The notes under the pieces: generated by a model
Seen by the model: only the letters and a program-made list of their open reading frames with translations
Told to the model about the DNA's origin: nothing
Databases searched by the model: none
Made by a program: the position numbers and the translations under genes
Shown here: one piece after another, positions 40,422 through 48,925 of the stretch
Layout: each line of letters begins with the position of its first letter
Position numbering within the stretch: position 1 is the first letter of the stretch
Origin: Chloroflexota bacterium
Lineage (GTDB): Bacteria > Chloroflexota > Anaerolineae > J102
Direction of reading: 5' to 3'
Assembly (NCBI GenBank): GCA_029782215.1
Contig: JAKOVD010000079.1
Location: forward strand, 82,729 to 146,728
Length of the DNA stretch: 64,000 bases

Positions 40422-40839
40422 ATATGGTTTGTCGGGCCGCTTCCAGATGTGCCGGATACTCCAAATGGATCCTTCGGGCGGCCAACCACACTTTCTGGAT
40501 CGCCAGGTGCGACGCCGGCGCCGTTCGGTAGTGCTCGCCGGCGATCGCTGTCACCATCCCGCCCACGTCCATCAGCACCAGCTTGTCGTCGCCGTCGTAG
40601 TGGAAAGCAGCGGTCTTGCCGCCGCTCACCCTCACCAGGCGGTTCTCTGCGTCATAGACAAGGGTATAGGGAGTGTTGCCGACCGCACGGCTGCCCATGT
40701 TGCCGTCGCAGTCGTAGCCGAAGCTGGTCATCCCCGTCTGCCGTCCGGCAGGCGGTTTCGTCGCCTGGGTGCCGGGTCTGCAGACGATGACCGGGGTATC
40801 GTAGCTGTGCGTTGCCATGGACACGAAGCTAAGCAGCAT
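40411..40839 (-). pseudogene. RHS/YD-repeat protein internal fragment (contains repeat copy B, 40523..40597)
   Basis: TSFGYDCDGNMGSRAVGNTPYTLVYDAENRLVRVSGGKTAAFHYDGDDKLVLMDVGGMVTAIAGEHYRT holds typical YD repeats. It is only about 100 aa of what are normally proteins of more than 1000 aa, with a stop directly upstream of its first Met. Confidence 0.7.
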
Positions 40840-40857
40840 ACGCTAACAGGAGGTGGC

Positions 40858-41292
40858 CTACGGACTGCTCCCCATATTGCCGCTAATCAATCGGTCGGAA
40901 GCATCATAGTGTAGGATCCAGACTGCCCAAATAGGATGCGTCGGAAGCGTGGCTATCGTCCAATAGGCACTCTCGGATGACTCGCCGCTTCGAAGGCTCA
41001 TTTCATGGCGATATGTGAACTCCCCAATGGCATCAAGTAGCTGATGAATCTCCGAACGGCTTGAACCTTTGTGGTTTTCCAGGGCCTTCGTTACGTAGGC
41101 TGTAATTGCATACTTCGAGGGTTCAGTCCCCAGCCTATCGGCCACAGGACGCAGCGCAGCCGCGTGAATTGCTCCGTCTATCCAGTAGAGAACCACGCAT
41201 CCCAGAATGCAGCACACGATGCCAATCCCAACCCACAGAAGGACAGTACGCGCCGTGACAGTGTGGTCCGATTTGCGCGGTTGTTCGTTCAT
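40858..41292 (-). CDS. Hypothetical single-pass membrane protein
   Basis: 144 aa with one TM (VLLWVGIGIVCCILGCVVLYWI). No family recognised. Lower GC. Confidence 0.4.
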   Translation of the reverse strand: MNEQPRKSDHTVTARTVLLWVGIGIVCCILGCVVLYWIDGAIHAAALRPVADRLGTEPSKYAITAYVTKALENHKGSSRSEIHQLLDAIGEFTYRHEMSLRSGESSESAYWTIATLPTHPIWAVWILHYDASDRLISGNMGSSP

Positions 41293-41485
41293 GACAGCAT
41301 CGCATTATCGCATGAGGTTGCTGTAACTCCTGCCATTGACTGCGGAGCTGGGGTGCCATGGCGAACGACGGCCCGGTCCCAGGCTGATGGCCTCCTTGCC
41401 CTGAGCAAGGTCTGAGACAGCACGTTTGGCCTGATGTGAATGAGTCTCACCAAAGGCTCAGGAGAAAACACGTGACTTCAACCCT

Positions 41486-41757
41486 GTCATGCTGAGTTCT
41501 TGATGCCGCAAGCCAGCACGTCTCCGAGCAAGAACCCCTCTTTGTCATTGCGAGGCCCGACAGGGCCGAAGCAATCTCCAACTGGATTGGGGACTGCTTC
41601 GCTTCGCTCGCAGTGACATGGCAAATGGGAGTTTTTGAGCAGAGTCACCAGGCCAGGTGCGGCCTGCCCCGGCGCAGAATGCATCCCTTTGTCGCCCTGA
41701 GCGCAGCGAAGGGTCTTTATCAGTGAGTCAGAGATGCTTTACTTCGTTCAGCATGAC
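41486..41757. repeat. Cluster of short GC-rich hairpin-type repeats bounded by inverted GTCATGCTGA / TCAGCATGAC
   Basis: gtcatgctgag (41486..) and tcagcatgac (41748..41757) are inverted copies. The interior holds cattgcgaggcccgacagggccgaagcaatctcc...ggggactgcttcgcttcgctcgcagtgac and gtcgccctgagcgcagcgaagggtc. Translations (VIARPDRAEAIS, VALSAAKG, VMLNEVKHL) are strings I recognise from non-coding repeats often mis-called as ORFs. Confidence 0.55.
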
Positions 41758-42227
41758 ATAATGATAAACCTGTGTTCCGGGTAGCGGATCGTCAAGCCGA
41801 CTTTTGTTGACTGCAAACACCAAGAGAAGCATCTCTCGCCGCGCTACTCGGCAACTCTCAACCAGAAATGCTGCGTTGGCGCCCATCTGCAACGAACTCT
41901 GGCTGAAGATTCCGCCCAGCATGACAAATCGCGAGTTCCTGCGCGGCCGGCGGGAGACAGCCGGATAGGTAGTTCGCTTTGACACGACAGGACGGTCGTT
42001 CCGAAACGGTGCAGCGAAGCACGATCTTCAAGTATGGCCACCCCTTGGCGACCCGTGCGCAGGTCATATGACCCCATTTGTGACTTTTGGGACTATGGGA
42101 CGTGCCAATGGCGCGCTAAGCTGGAGATGTTCGTGATGACGGATGTCGTTCCGGCCGACAGGCGTGAGGACCAGTAAGGGTCTTCGCCGCCGGAGCCCAA
42201 GCAGCAAACACAAGGAGTCACAAGACA

Positions 42228-42890
42228 ATGAAACGCGACAATGCCGCCTTTCTGTGGGGCGGCCTCCTCATCATCGCCGGCCTCGGCCTTCTGCTGCAGA
42301 ACCTGCACCTGGTCAACCTCGATTGGCTGTGGCAGCTCTTCTGGACGGTGCTCTTCGCTGCCGGCGGTGTGGCCTTCCTGGGCGTCTTTCTGCGCAGCCG
42401 CGAGAACTGGTGGGCGCTCATCCCCGGCTTCACCCTGCTGGGCCTGGGCGGCGTGCTCGCCCTCAATGTGATCAGCAGCCAACTGTCCGACAGGCTGGGC
42501 GGGCCGCTGTTCCTGGGCAGCATCGGACTTGGCTTCTGGGCCGTCTACGCCGCCCGCCGTGAGAACTGGTGGGCGGTCATTCCCGGCGGCATCCTCTGGT
42601 CGCTGGCCGCCTTCGTCTTCCTGGAGCCGTTCCTGCCCGAACCAGCGGGGGTCAGCGTGATGTTCTTTGGCATGGCCCTGACTTTCCTCATCGTGGCGCT
42701 CCTGCCGGTGGAAGAGGGCCGCATGACATGGGCCTTCATCCCCGGCGGCATCCTGGCCGTCATCGGCCTGTTCATGGCGCTGAGTAGCTTCACGACCCAG
42801 TTCCTGACCCTGGCCGCCGTTGTTGGCCCGCTGGCGCTGATTGCCGCCGGGGGCTACCTCCTCTATCGCAATGCCAGCGCGCGCAAATAG
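42228..42890 (+). CDS. Polytopic membrane protein with three (E/R)NWWA-x-IPGG repeat units (LiaF/PspC N-terminal-like)
   Basis: 220 aa. RENWWALIPGFTLLGLGG, RENWWAVIPGGILWSLAA and RMTWAFIPGGILAVIGL. AAGGAG SD upstream. Confidence 0.7.
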   Translation: MKRDNAAFLWGGLLIIAGLGLLLQNLHLVNLDWLWQLFWTVLFAAGGVAFLGVFLRSRENWWALIPGFTLLGLGGVLALNVISSQLSDRLGGPLFLGSIGLGFWAVYAARRENWWAVIPGGILWSLAAFVFLEPFLPEPAGVSVMFFGMALTFLIVALLPVEEGRMTWAFIPGGILAVIGLFMALSSFTTQFLTLAAVVGPLALIAAGGYLLYRNASARK

Positions 42891-42917
42891 GCGCAGCCGC
42901 CAAGGAACCCGGAAACC

Positions 42918-43829
42918 ATGAACCACGAACGACGCGGCGGCCTGGTCATTCCCATCCTGCTGGTTGCCGCCGGCATTCTTCTCCTGCTCAACACGCTGGG
43001 CATCGTCGACTGGAGCCTGTGGCGGATGCTGGCCTATCTCTGGCCCATTCTCCTGATTGCCGTGGGCCTGGATGCCATCATCGGCCGCCGCTCCACCCTG
43101 GGCTCGGTGGTCGTGGCCCTGGTCACCCTGGCCCTGATCTTTGGCAGCATCCTCTATCTCAACACCGGCAGCAGCGGGGCCGGCCCGACCTCCTACAAGA
43201 TCAGCCAGGGCCTGGAAGGCGCTGCCAGCGCCCGGATCGAGATCAGGGCAGAAACCGGCTCGCTGCACCTCAACCCCCTGCCTGAGGGCGACCTCCTCAT
43301 GGCCGGCGAGGTGCAGCTTCGCCAGGACCGCAGGCTGGAGCAGGACTTTCAACGCGATGGTGAGGCCGCTGTTTACCGGCTTGGCTCCTCTGGGGCCGGT
43401 GCGCTGGCGCCGCAGATCGGACCGGGGCAGCAGGATACGTGGGATCTGCAGCTCAATCCCGAGGTCCCCACCGATCTCAGCGTCGTCTCAGGCGCCGGCG
43501 ACTCCACCCTGAACCTGGAACGGATGGCCCTTTCGAGCCTCGATCTCAAGGTCGGTGTGGGCAGCGCCACCGCCACCCTGCCTGAGCGCGGCCAATACAA
43601 GGCAGCCGTCAAGGGCGGCATCGGCGCCCTGCGCCTGCGGGTTCCCCAGGGCGTGGCCGCTCGCATCCAGGCGACGAGCGGCCTGGGCGGCGTGCAGGTG
43701 GACGGCGACTTCGAGCGGCAGGGCAACGTGTACGTCTCGCCCGGCTTCGAGACCGCGAGCAACCGGGCGGACATTACCATCAATACCGGCATCGGCAAGG
43801 TGACGGTCGAGACCTACCGGGGCGAGTGA
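42918..43829 (+). CDS. LiaF-like membrane protein with C-terminal beta-rich 'toastrack' domain
   Basis: 303 aa. N-terminal TM pair (LLLLNTLGIVDWSLWRMLAYLWPILLIAVGLD). C-terminal repeated G-x-G strands (VGVGSATATLP, GGIGALRLRVP, GLGGVQVDG, TGIGKVTVE). Confidence 0.7.
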   Translation: MNHERRGGLVIPILLVAAGILLLLNTLGIVDWSLWRMLAYLWPILLIAVGLDAIIGRRSTLGSVVVALVTLALIFGSILYLNTGSSGAGPTSYKISQGLEGAASARIEIRAETGSLHLNPLPEGDLLMAGEVQLRQDRRLEQDFQRDGEAAVYRLGSSGAGALAPQIGPGQQDTWDLQLNPEVPTDLSVVSGAGDSTLNLERMALSSLDLKVGVGSATATLPERGQYKAAVKGGIGALRLRVPQGVAARIQATSGLGGVQVDGDFERQGNVYVSPGFETASNRADITINTGIGKVTVETYRGE

Positions 43830-43846
43830 GAAAAGGAGTACCCATC

Positions 43847-44866
43847 ATGAATTCCCGCCAACGTGCCAGTAACCTTGTCTGGCCCCTCATTCTGATCGTC
43901 GCCGGTTTTGTCCTGCTCTTCACCAACCTCGGCATCCTCAGCGCCGGCACCTGGGAGACGCTGATCAGCCTGTGGCCGCTGCTGGTGATGGCGCCGGCCC
44001 TGAGCATGATCCTGGGCGGGGGCAGCCTGTTCTTCCCCCTGACCCTGATCGCCTTCGCCTTTGGCTTCCTGCTGGCGAACTTCGGCGTGGTGAGCTGGAA
44101 TATGTGGAGGGCGCTTGCCACCCTCTGGCCCTTGTTCTTGATAGGCATCGGCCTGGATGTGCTCGTGTTCGCGCGCCTTCGCCGGCACGCCACCCGCACG
44201 GAAACCATCTTCCAGCCCCTGCAGGGCGCCAGCTCGGCCGAGATCAAGCTGGAACCGGGCCTGGGCCGCCTGGAATTGGGCGCCGGGCCGGCCACCGATG
44301 CCCTGGTAGCAGGCACGGCGACGGTGGGCCCCGACGAGAGCATCGGGACATCTGCCCGGCTGTCCGGCAGCGAGGCCCGCATCAAGGTCAAGCAGCAGGC
44401 GCCCTGGTACTTCATCTTCACGGGCGGCTGGCTGAACGCCGAGCGCCGCTGGAACCTCAGCCTGAACCCTTCCGTGCCCACGCGCCTGACAATCGACGGC
44501 GGCCTCGGCAGCCACATGATGGACCTCAGCGGCCTGCGCCTGGACTCGCTCAAGTTGGACGGCGGCATGGGGTCCATGACGGTGACGCTGCCTGCCCAGG
44601 GCAGGCCTCGGATCAAGATCGACGGCGGGATCGGCGACAAGACCGTCATCATTCCCGCGGGTGTCTCCGCCCGAGTCAGGATCGACTCGGGCCTGGGCAG
44701 CCGGCAGGTGCAGGGCGATTTCACCCGCGATGGCGACACCTACACCACCCGCAGCTACGATCCGGCGGCGTCCAATCACCTGGAGGTCGACATCGACCAC
44801 GGGATCGGCTCGCTGACGCTGGCGGAGCTGCCGCTGCAGCCGGCGCTCATGGCCGGCGCGTCCTGA
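43847..44866 (+). CDS. LiaF-like membrane protein with 'toastrack' domain (paralog of 42918..43829)
   Basis: Start at ATG 43847 after AAGGAG. TM region (FTNLGILSAGTWETLISLWPLLV...WNMWRALATLWPLFLIGIGLD). C-terminal DGGLGSHMMDLS, DGGMGSMTVTLP, DGGIGDKTVIIP, DSGLGSRQVQG and DHGIGSLTL. Confidence 0.72.
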   Translation: MNSRQRASNLVWPLILIVAGFVLLFTNLGILSAGTWETLISLWPLLVMAPALSMILGGGSLFFPLTLIAFAFGFLLANFGVVSWNMWRALATLWPLFLIGIGLDVLVFARLRRHATRTETIFQPLQGASSAEIKLEPGLGRLELGAGPATDALVAGTATVGPDESIGTSARLSGSEARIKVKQQAPWYFIFTGGWLNAERRWNLSLNPSVPTRLTIDGGLGSHMMDLSGLRLDSLKLDGGMGSMTVTLPAQGRPRIKIDGGIGDKTVIIPAGVSARVRIDSGLGSRQVQGDFTRDGDTYTTRSYDPAASNHLEVDIDHGIGSLTLAELPLQPALMAGAS

Positions 44867-44890
44867 ACGATGGTGGAAGGAGATAACGCG

Positions 44891-45577
44891 ATGCGACCTT
44901 ATGTCGTGGTCCACTCGGGCGTCAGCGCCGACGGCCGCATGGACTGGGCAGCGGGCGACCTCGGCCTCTATTACGAGTTGGCCGGCCGTTGGGATGTGGA
45001 CGCCACACTGTGCGGCAGCAATACCATCCTGGCGGCGTTCCCATCCGGAGGGAATCCTGCCGAAACCACCGGTGACCCCGGCGAAGAGCCAGCGGACACG
45101 CCTGCGCGCCAGTGGCTGGTGGTGGTGGACGGCCAGGGCCGCATCGACGCCTGGCCCACCATCCGCCGCCAGACCGCCTATTGGCGCGATGCCATCGTCG
45201 TGTGCTCGCAGGCGACGCCCGCATCCTAGGTGGCCGGGCTGCAAAGCCAGGGGATGGCCGTCATCGTCGCCGGGCAGGACCGCGTGGACCTGGCGGAAGC
45301 CCTCGCCGTGCTTTACGAACGCTTTGGGGTCCGCCGGCTGCGCGTGGACAGCGGCGGCATCCTCACCGGCGTCCTGCTCCGCCAGGGGCTGGTCGACGAG
45401 GTCAGCATCCTGGTCTATCCAGAGCTGGTGGGCGGCGTCACTCCCCGCTCCCTGTTTGTGGCCCCTGACCTGACAGACGGCAGCGGCGTGATCAAGCTGC
45501 GTCTGCTGGAAGCAGCGCCCCTCCGGGACGGCTTCGTCTGGCTGCGGTATGAGATCCCGGCGCCGGACAGGCTATGA
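44891..45577 (+). pseudogene. RibD_C-type (dihydrofolate-reductase-like) pyrimidine reductase interrupted by an in-frame TAG
   Basis: Track ORFs 44870..45229 and 45230..45577 are in the same frame and contiguous. TAG lies at 45227..45229. N-half MRPYVVVHSGVSADGRMDW...; C-half VDLAEALAVLYERFGVRRLRVDSGGILTGVLLRQGLVDEVSILVYPELVGG. GGAAGGAG SD before ATG 44891. Confidence 0.75.
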
Positions 45578-46195
45578 GCTGAAGCCGTGGGCCAACGGCT
45601 GGTCCAGGCGCTGCAGGTCGTCCGGCAGGTCGACGTCGTACGCCAGCGAGGGCGAGCGGTAGACCACCGGCTCCACCGCCGCGGCTCGCGCCAGGGCGCA
45701 GTGGCGGGCAAAGCTCCCCGGCCCGAAGCTGAAGGGGAAAAGTGTGGATGGGCGCAGGAGCAGGGCGTTGGTGCCCGTTTCACCCACATCGGGGGCGATG
45801 ACGACTGCCTGCGGCGCCTCGCCCGCAAGGATCACCAGCGCCCGCACGTCGCCCGGCTCCAGGCGCGGCAGGTCGGCAGGGAGCACCAGGATGCTGCCGG
45901 CGCCGCGCGCCAAGGCCCATTGGGCGCCCTGCCGGGCCGCCTCGTTGTAGCCGGCCTCTAGCTCGCCCAGGGCGGCAAAGCCTTGGGCTCGCGCCAGGGA
46001 CAGCACCTCCGGGTCAGGACTGACGACCACGAGCAGTTCGGCCACGCCGCTGGCGCTCACGGCGGCCAGGACATGGGCCAGCATGGCCCTCGCCAGGCGC
46101 AGGCGCTCCTCGTCCGCCACGGCGGGACGCAGCCGCTGTTTGGCCTGGGCCAGCGCCTTCATCGGGACGATGACGGCCAGGGGTTCCCCGTTCAT
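45572..46195 (-). CDS. cofC: 2-phospho-L-lactate / PEP guanylyltransferase (CofC/FbiD)
   Basis: 207 aa. AVIVPMKALAQAKQRLRP, LVLPADLP and GTNALLLRP motifs. Confidence 0.85.
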   Translation of the reverse strand: MNGEPLAVIVPMKALAQAKQRLRPAVADEERLRLARAMLAHVLAAVSASGVAELLVVVSPDPEVLSLARAQGFAALGELEAGYNEAARQGAQWALARGAGSILVLPADLPRLEPGDVRALVILAGEAPQAVVIAPDVGETGTNALLLRPSTLFPFSFGPGSFARHCALARAAAVEPVVYRSPSLAYDVDLPDDLQRLDQPLAHGFSS

Positions 46196-47229
46196 CCTGC
46201 TCGTGCGCCCGCTCCCGGCGTTACCAGGCCGCCCTCGGCGGTGGGCAGCGCGGCAGCGCCGTACCAGGGCACTTCCAACCGTTCGGCCCAGGTGATGATC
46301 CGGCGCTGCTCTTCGGCGGTGAAGCCGCGCTGCCAGTCGGACATCTGCGCCAGGATGAGGGCCTCATCGGTGGCCGCCTCTTCCTGGCGGTGGCGGGCGA
46401 CGCGGCTCGAGCGCGCCACCAGCTCTGCGGGCAGCGCGAAGGGAGGCAGCTTCAGCCATGCGAACAAGGGCGCCAGGGTGGGCTGGGGACGCAGATAGAG
46501 GGTCTCGTAGAAGACGAGGTAGTGCGGCCGCGTCGACATCTCCTGCATCGCCACCCGGTTCTCCACCGCCCACCAGACGGCGTGGGCGCCCAGCAGGTCG
46601 GTCTCCTTCTCGACCTCGGCCAGCCAGGGGCGCAGATAGTCCTCGACCAGGGCCTCCTGGCGCAGCAGGTCGCTGACGTCGGCGTACCAGGGTGTCCGCA
46701 CCTTGCGCAGACGAGAGTAGACCACGGCGCAGGGATGCCGGCTCAGCAAGACGGTCTGCGGCCGGAAGCAGTCGTAGAGGTAGCCCAGCATCAAGTTGGC
46801 GCGGATGAACTTGACCAGGTAGCGGTCGGGGAAGTAGCTGGTGCGCGCATAGTCGGTGCGGTAGTTCCGCACCCACCCCGCCAGAATCTTGGCCAGGAAG
46901 GCCCGCCATTCCGGATGGTCGACGCCGGGTCGCAGATAGGCGCGGCGATAGGTCTCGCCCACCTTCTGCTGCCAGTCGAGCAGCCGGCGCAGCTCGGTGC
47001 TCATTTCGGGGTGCAGCGGCTCGAAGATCTGTTGGATGCCGGGCGCCGCGCTGATCAGGTCCGCCAGCCAGGTGGAGCCGCTGCGGCCGATCGAGGCCAG
47101 GACGATGGCGTCGTCAGGTCGGGGACGGCCCTTGACCGCGAACTTGACCGTTTCGCCCGTCCGGCGGGCGGCGGCGATGGCCTGGCGTGCAGCATCGTCC
47201 ACGCCCCGCAGGGTCGATCTGCGCTTCAT
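46192..47229 (-). CDS. Sulfotransferase-family protein (PAPS-dependent type)
   Basis: 345 aa. 5'-PSB-like loop ASIGRSGSTWL and 3'-PB-like LLSRHPCAVVYS. ATGA overlaps with both cofD (47226..47229) and cofC (46192..46195). Confidence 0.65.
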   Translation of the reverse strand: MKRRSTLRGVDDAARQAIAAARRTGETVKFAVKGRPRPDDAIVLASIGRSGSTWLADLISAAPGIQQIFEPLHPEMSTELRRLLDWQQKVGETYRRAYLRPGVDHPEWRAFLAKILAGWVRNYRTDYARTSYFPDRYLVKFIRANLMLGYLYDCFRPQTVLLSRHPCAVVYSRLRKVRTPWYADVSDLLRQEALVEDYLRPWLAEVEKETDLLGAHAVWWAVENRVAMQEMSTRPHYLVFYETLYLRPQPTLAPLFAWLKLPPFALPAELVARSSRVARHRQEEAATDEALILAQMSDWQRGFTAEEQRRIITWAERLEVPWYGAAALPTAEGGLVTPGAGARAG

Positions 47230-48179
47230 AGGAGCTCCTTCTCCACCATGTCCAGCACTTCGGCGGCCAGGCGCGCCCGCCCGGCTTTGTCGTTCATGAC
47301 CGTGTCGGTGACCACCACACGCGGGCCCAGGGCGGCGATGGCGGGAGCGAGGGGGGCGTCCGTACGGTCCAGGACAAAGCCCGCCAGCAGGCTGCCATAG
47401 TGCCGGGCCACGCCCAGGGCGGTGACTTCGGCGCCCAGTTCGGCCATCATCTTCGCCGCCGGGCCTTTGAGCGCCTGCCCGCCCACGATCGGGCTGACGG
47501 CGACCGCCGGTTTCGCAGCCACGGCCGCGCGCACGCCCGGCAGGCTCAGGATCGGTTCGATGCTGACGTAGGGATTGGAGGGACAGAAGATAATGGCATC
47601 GGCTGTGGCCAGCGCGGCCATGACCTGCGGCGTGGGCTGCGCCCGCTCCAATCCGGACAGCGTCATGCCCAACATGCGCGGCTCACAGCGCCGGTGCACA
47701 AAGTACTCCTGGAAGGCCAGATACCCTTCGGGTGTATGGATGATGGTGCGCACAGGCTCATCCGACATTGGCAGGACGGGATGCTGCACTCCCAGGCGTG
47801 TGGCCAGGTCCGCGGTGATGGCCGTGAGGGTCATGCCGGTGTCCAGGCCCTGTCGCCGCAGCAGGTGCAGGGCGATGTCGCGATCGCCGAGGCGGAACCA
47901 AGCCTCATGTCCCAGCCTCTGCACCTCGGCCAGAACCTGGAAGCTTTCGCCTTCCCGACCCCACCCCTGGACCGGGTGGTTGACCTCGGCCAGGTTGTAC
48001 AGCACCGTATCGATGTCGGGGCAGATGAGCAGTCCCAGGTGCTCGAAATCATCGCCGGTATTGATGACCACGGTCAGGTGACCGGGGTCAATGTGCTGGG
48101 CCAACCCGTGCGCCAGCTTGGCGCCGCCCACACCCCCGGCAAGGGCGACGATGCGCTGCGGACGGCGTACTACCGCCAT
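47226..48179 (-). CDS. cofD: 2-phospho-L-lactate transferase (CofD/FbiA)
   Basis: Start at ATG 48179 ([26 protein letters not shown]...[13 protein letters not shown]). The longer track ORF overlaps the upstream gene. Confidence 0.9.
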   Translation of the reverse strand: MAVVRRPQRIVALAGGVGGAKLAHGLAQHIDPGHLTVVINTGDDFEHLGLLICPDIDTVLYNLAEVNHPVQGWGREGESFQVLAEVQRLGHEAWFRLGDRDIALHLLRRQGLDTGMTLTAITADLATRLGVQHPVLPMSDEPVRTIIHTPEGYLAFQEYFVHRRCEPRMLGMTLSGLERAQPTPQVMAALATADAIIFCPSNPYVSIEPILSLPGVRAAVAAKPAVAVSPIVGGQALKGPAAKMMAELGAEVTALGVARHYGSLLAGFVLDRTDAPLAPAIAALGPRVVVTDTVMNDKAGRARLAAEVLDMVEKELL

Positions 48180-48793
48180 ACCACCACCTCGGCGAGGGGT
48201 TTGCGTTCCTTCATGCGGCTTTCCGCGGGATAGCCCAGCGTGATCAGCGCCTGCGGCTCCCAATCGGCGGGGAGGTCGAGGGCCTCGCGCACCCGGTCGG
48301 GGGCAAAAAGAGGGGCGCACATCCAGCACGCGCCCAGGCCCTCGTGGTGGGCGGCCAAGAGCAGGTTGCCGAGGGCCAGCGCCGTGCTTTGGACCGCCAT
48401 GTGCCTCTCAAGCTGTTGGCGCCCGGCGTCCGGATAGTGATCCGTGTCCGCCATGGTCAGGCAGCCGACCACCAACGCCCCGGCGCTGCTGATGCGCTCG
48501 CAGGAGATGGCGGTGCGCCGGCCGATCACGTTGGGATCGACGCCGTCCGCCGCCAGCGCCTGCTGCCAGTAGTCCGCCATCGACCTGGCCAACTGCTGCT
48601 GCCGGGCCGGCTCCGTGGTCACGGCAAAGCGCCAGGGCTGCCGGTTGTGGGCATTGGGCGCCCAAATGGCGGCTGTGAGCAGGCGTTCGACCAGGGGGCG
48701 GGGCACCGGCGCCTCCGTGTAGCGCCGGATCGAGCGCCGTCCGACCAGGGTGTGCCAGAAGCCATCATCGGGCGCAGGGACGGCAGTGAACAT
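48170..48793 (-). CDS. Nitroreductase-family protein (FbiB C-terminal-domain-like)
   Basis: 207 aa. [38 protein letters not shown]. 10-nt overlap with cofD. Confidence 0.75.
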   Translation of the reverse strand: MFTAVPAPDDGFWHTLVGRRSIRRYTEAPVPRPLVERLLTAAIWAPNAHNRQPWRFAVTTEPARQQQLARSMADYWQQALAADGVDPNVIGRRTAISCERISSAGALVVGCLTMADTDHYPDAGRQQLERHMAVQSTALALGNLLLAAHHEGLGACWMCAPLFAPDRVREALDLPADWEPQALITLGYPAESRMKERKPLAEVVVWR

Positions 48794-48849
48794 GCCAGGG
48801 ATTATAGCGCCGCCGGTTGCCGCGGACGAAACACGAACTCCAAAAGCAA

Positions 48850-48879
48850 TTGACAGCCCTGTCGCGGCTAGGGTAACAT
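48850..48879 (+). promoter_or_regulatory. Candidate sigma-70-type promoter for the pentapeptide-repeat gene
   Basis: TTGACA (48850..48855), 18 nt, TAACAT (48874..48879). GGAGG SD before ATG 48926. Confidence 0.35.
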
Positions 48880-48925
48880 AACCGCCCGGTAAGCCCCGCG
48901 ATCAACCCAGCAACTTGGAGGAAGA

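Noticed and set aside
41728-42077. Overlapping minus-strand ORFs (85, 77 and 69 aa), considered as a possible frameshifted toxin or small gene.
   Set aside because: I recognised no motif and the three frames overlap each other. One ORF ends in a known-looking repeat ghost (VMLNEVKHL). I left them unannotated, and a six-frame database search would be needed.
45227-45229. In-frame TAG considered as a pyrrolysine or global amber-reassignment signal.
   Set aside because: TAG is used as an ordinary terminator by other genes in the window (hutH 11388..11390; serine hydrolase 8562..8564). No pyl genes are seen.
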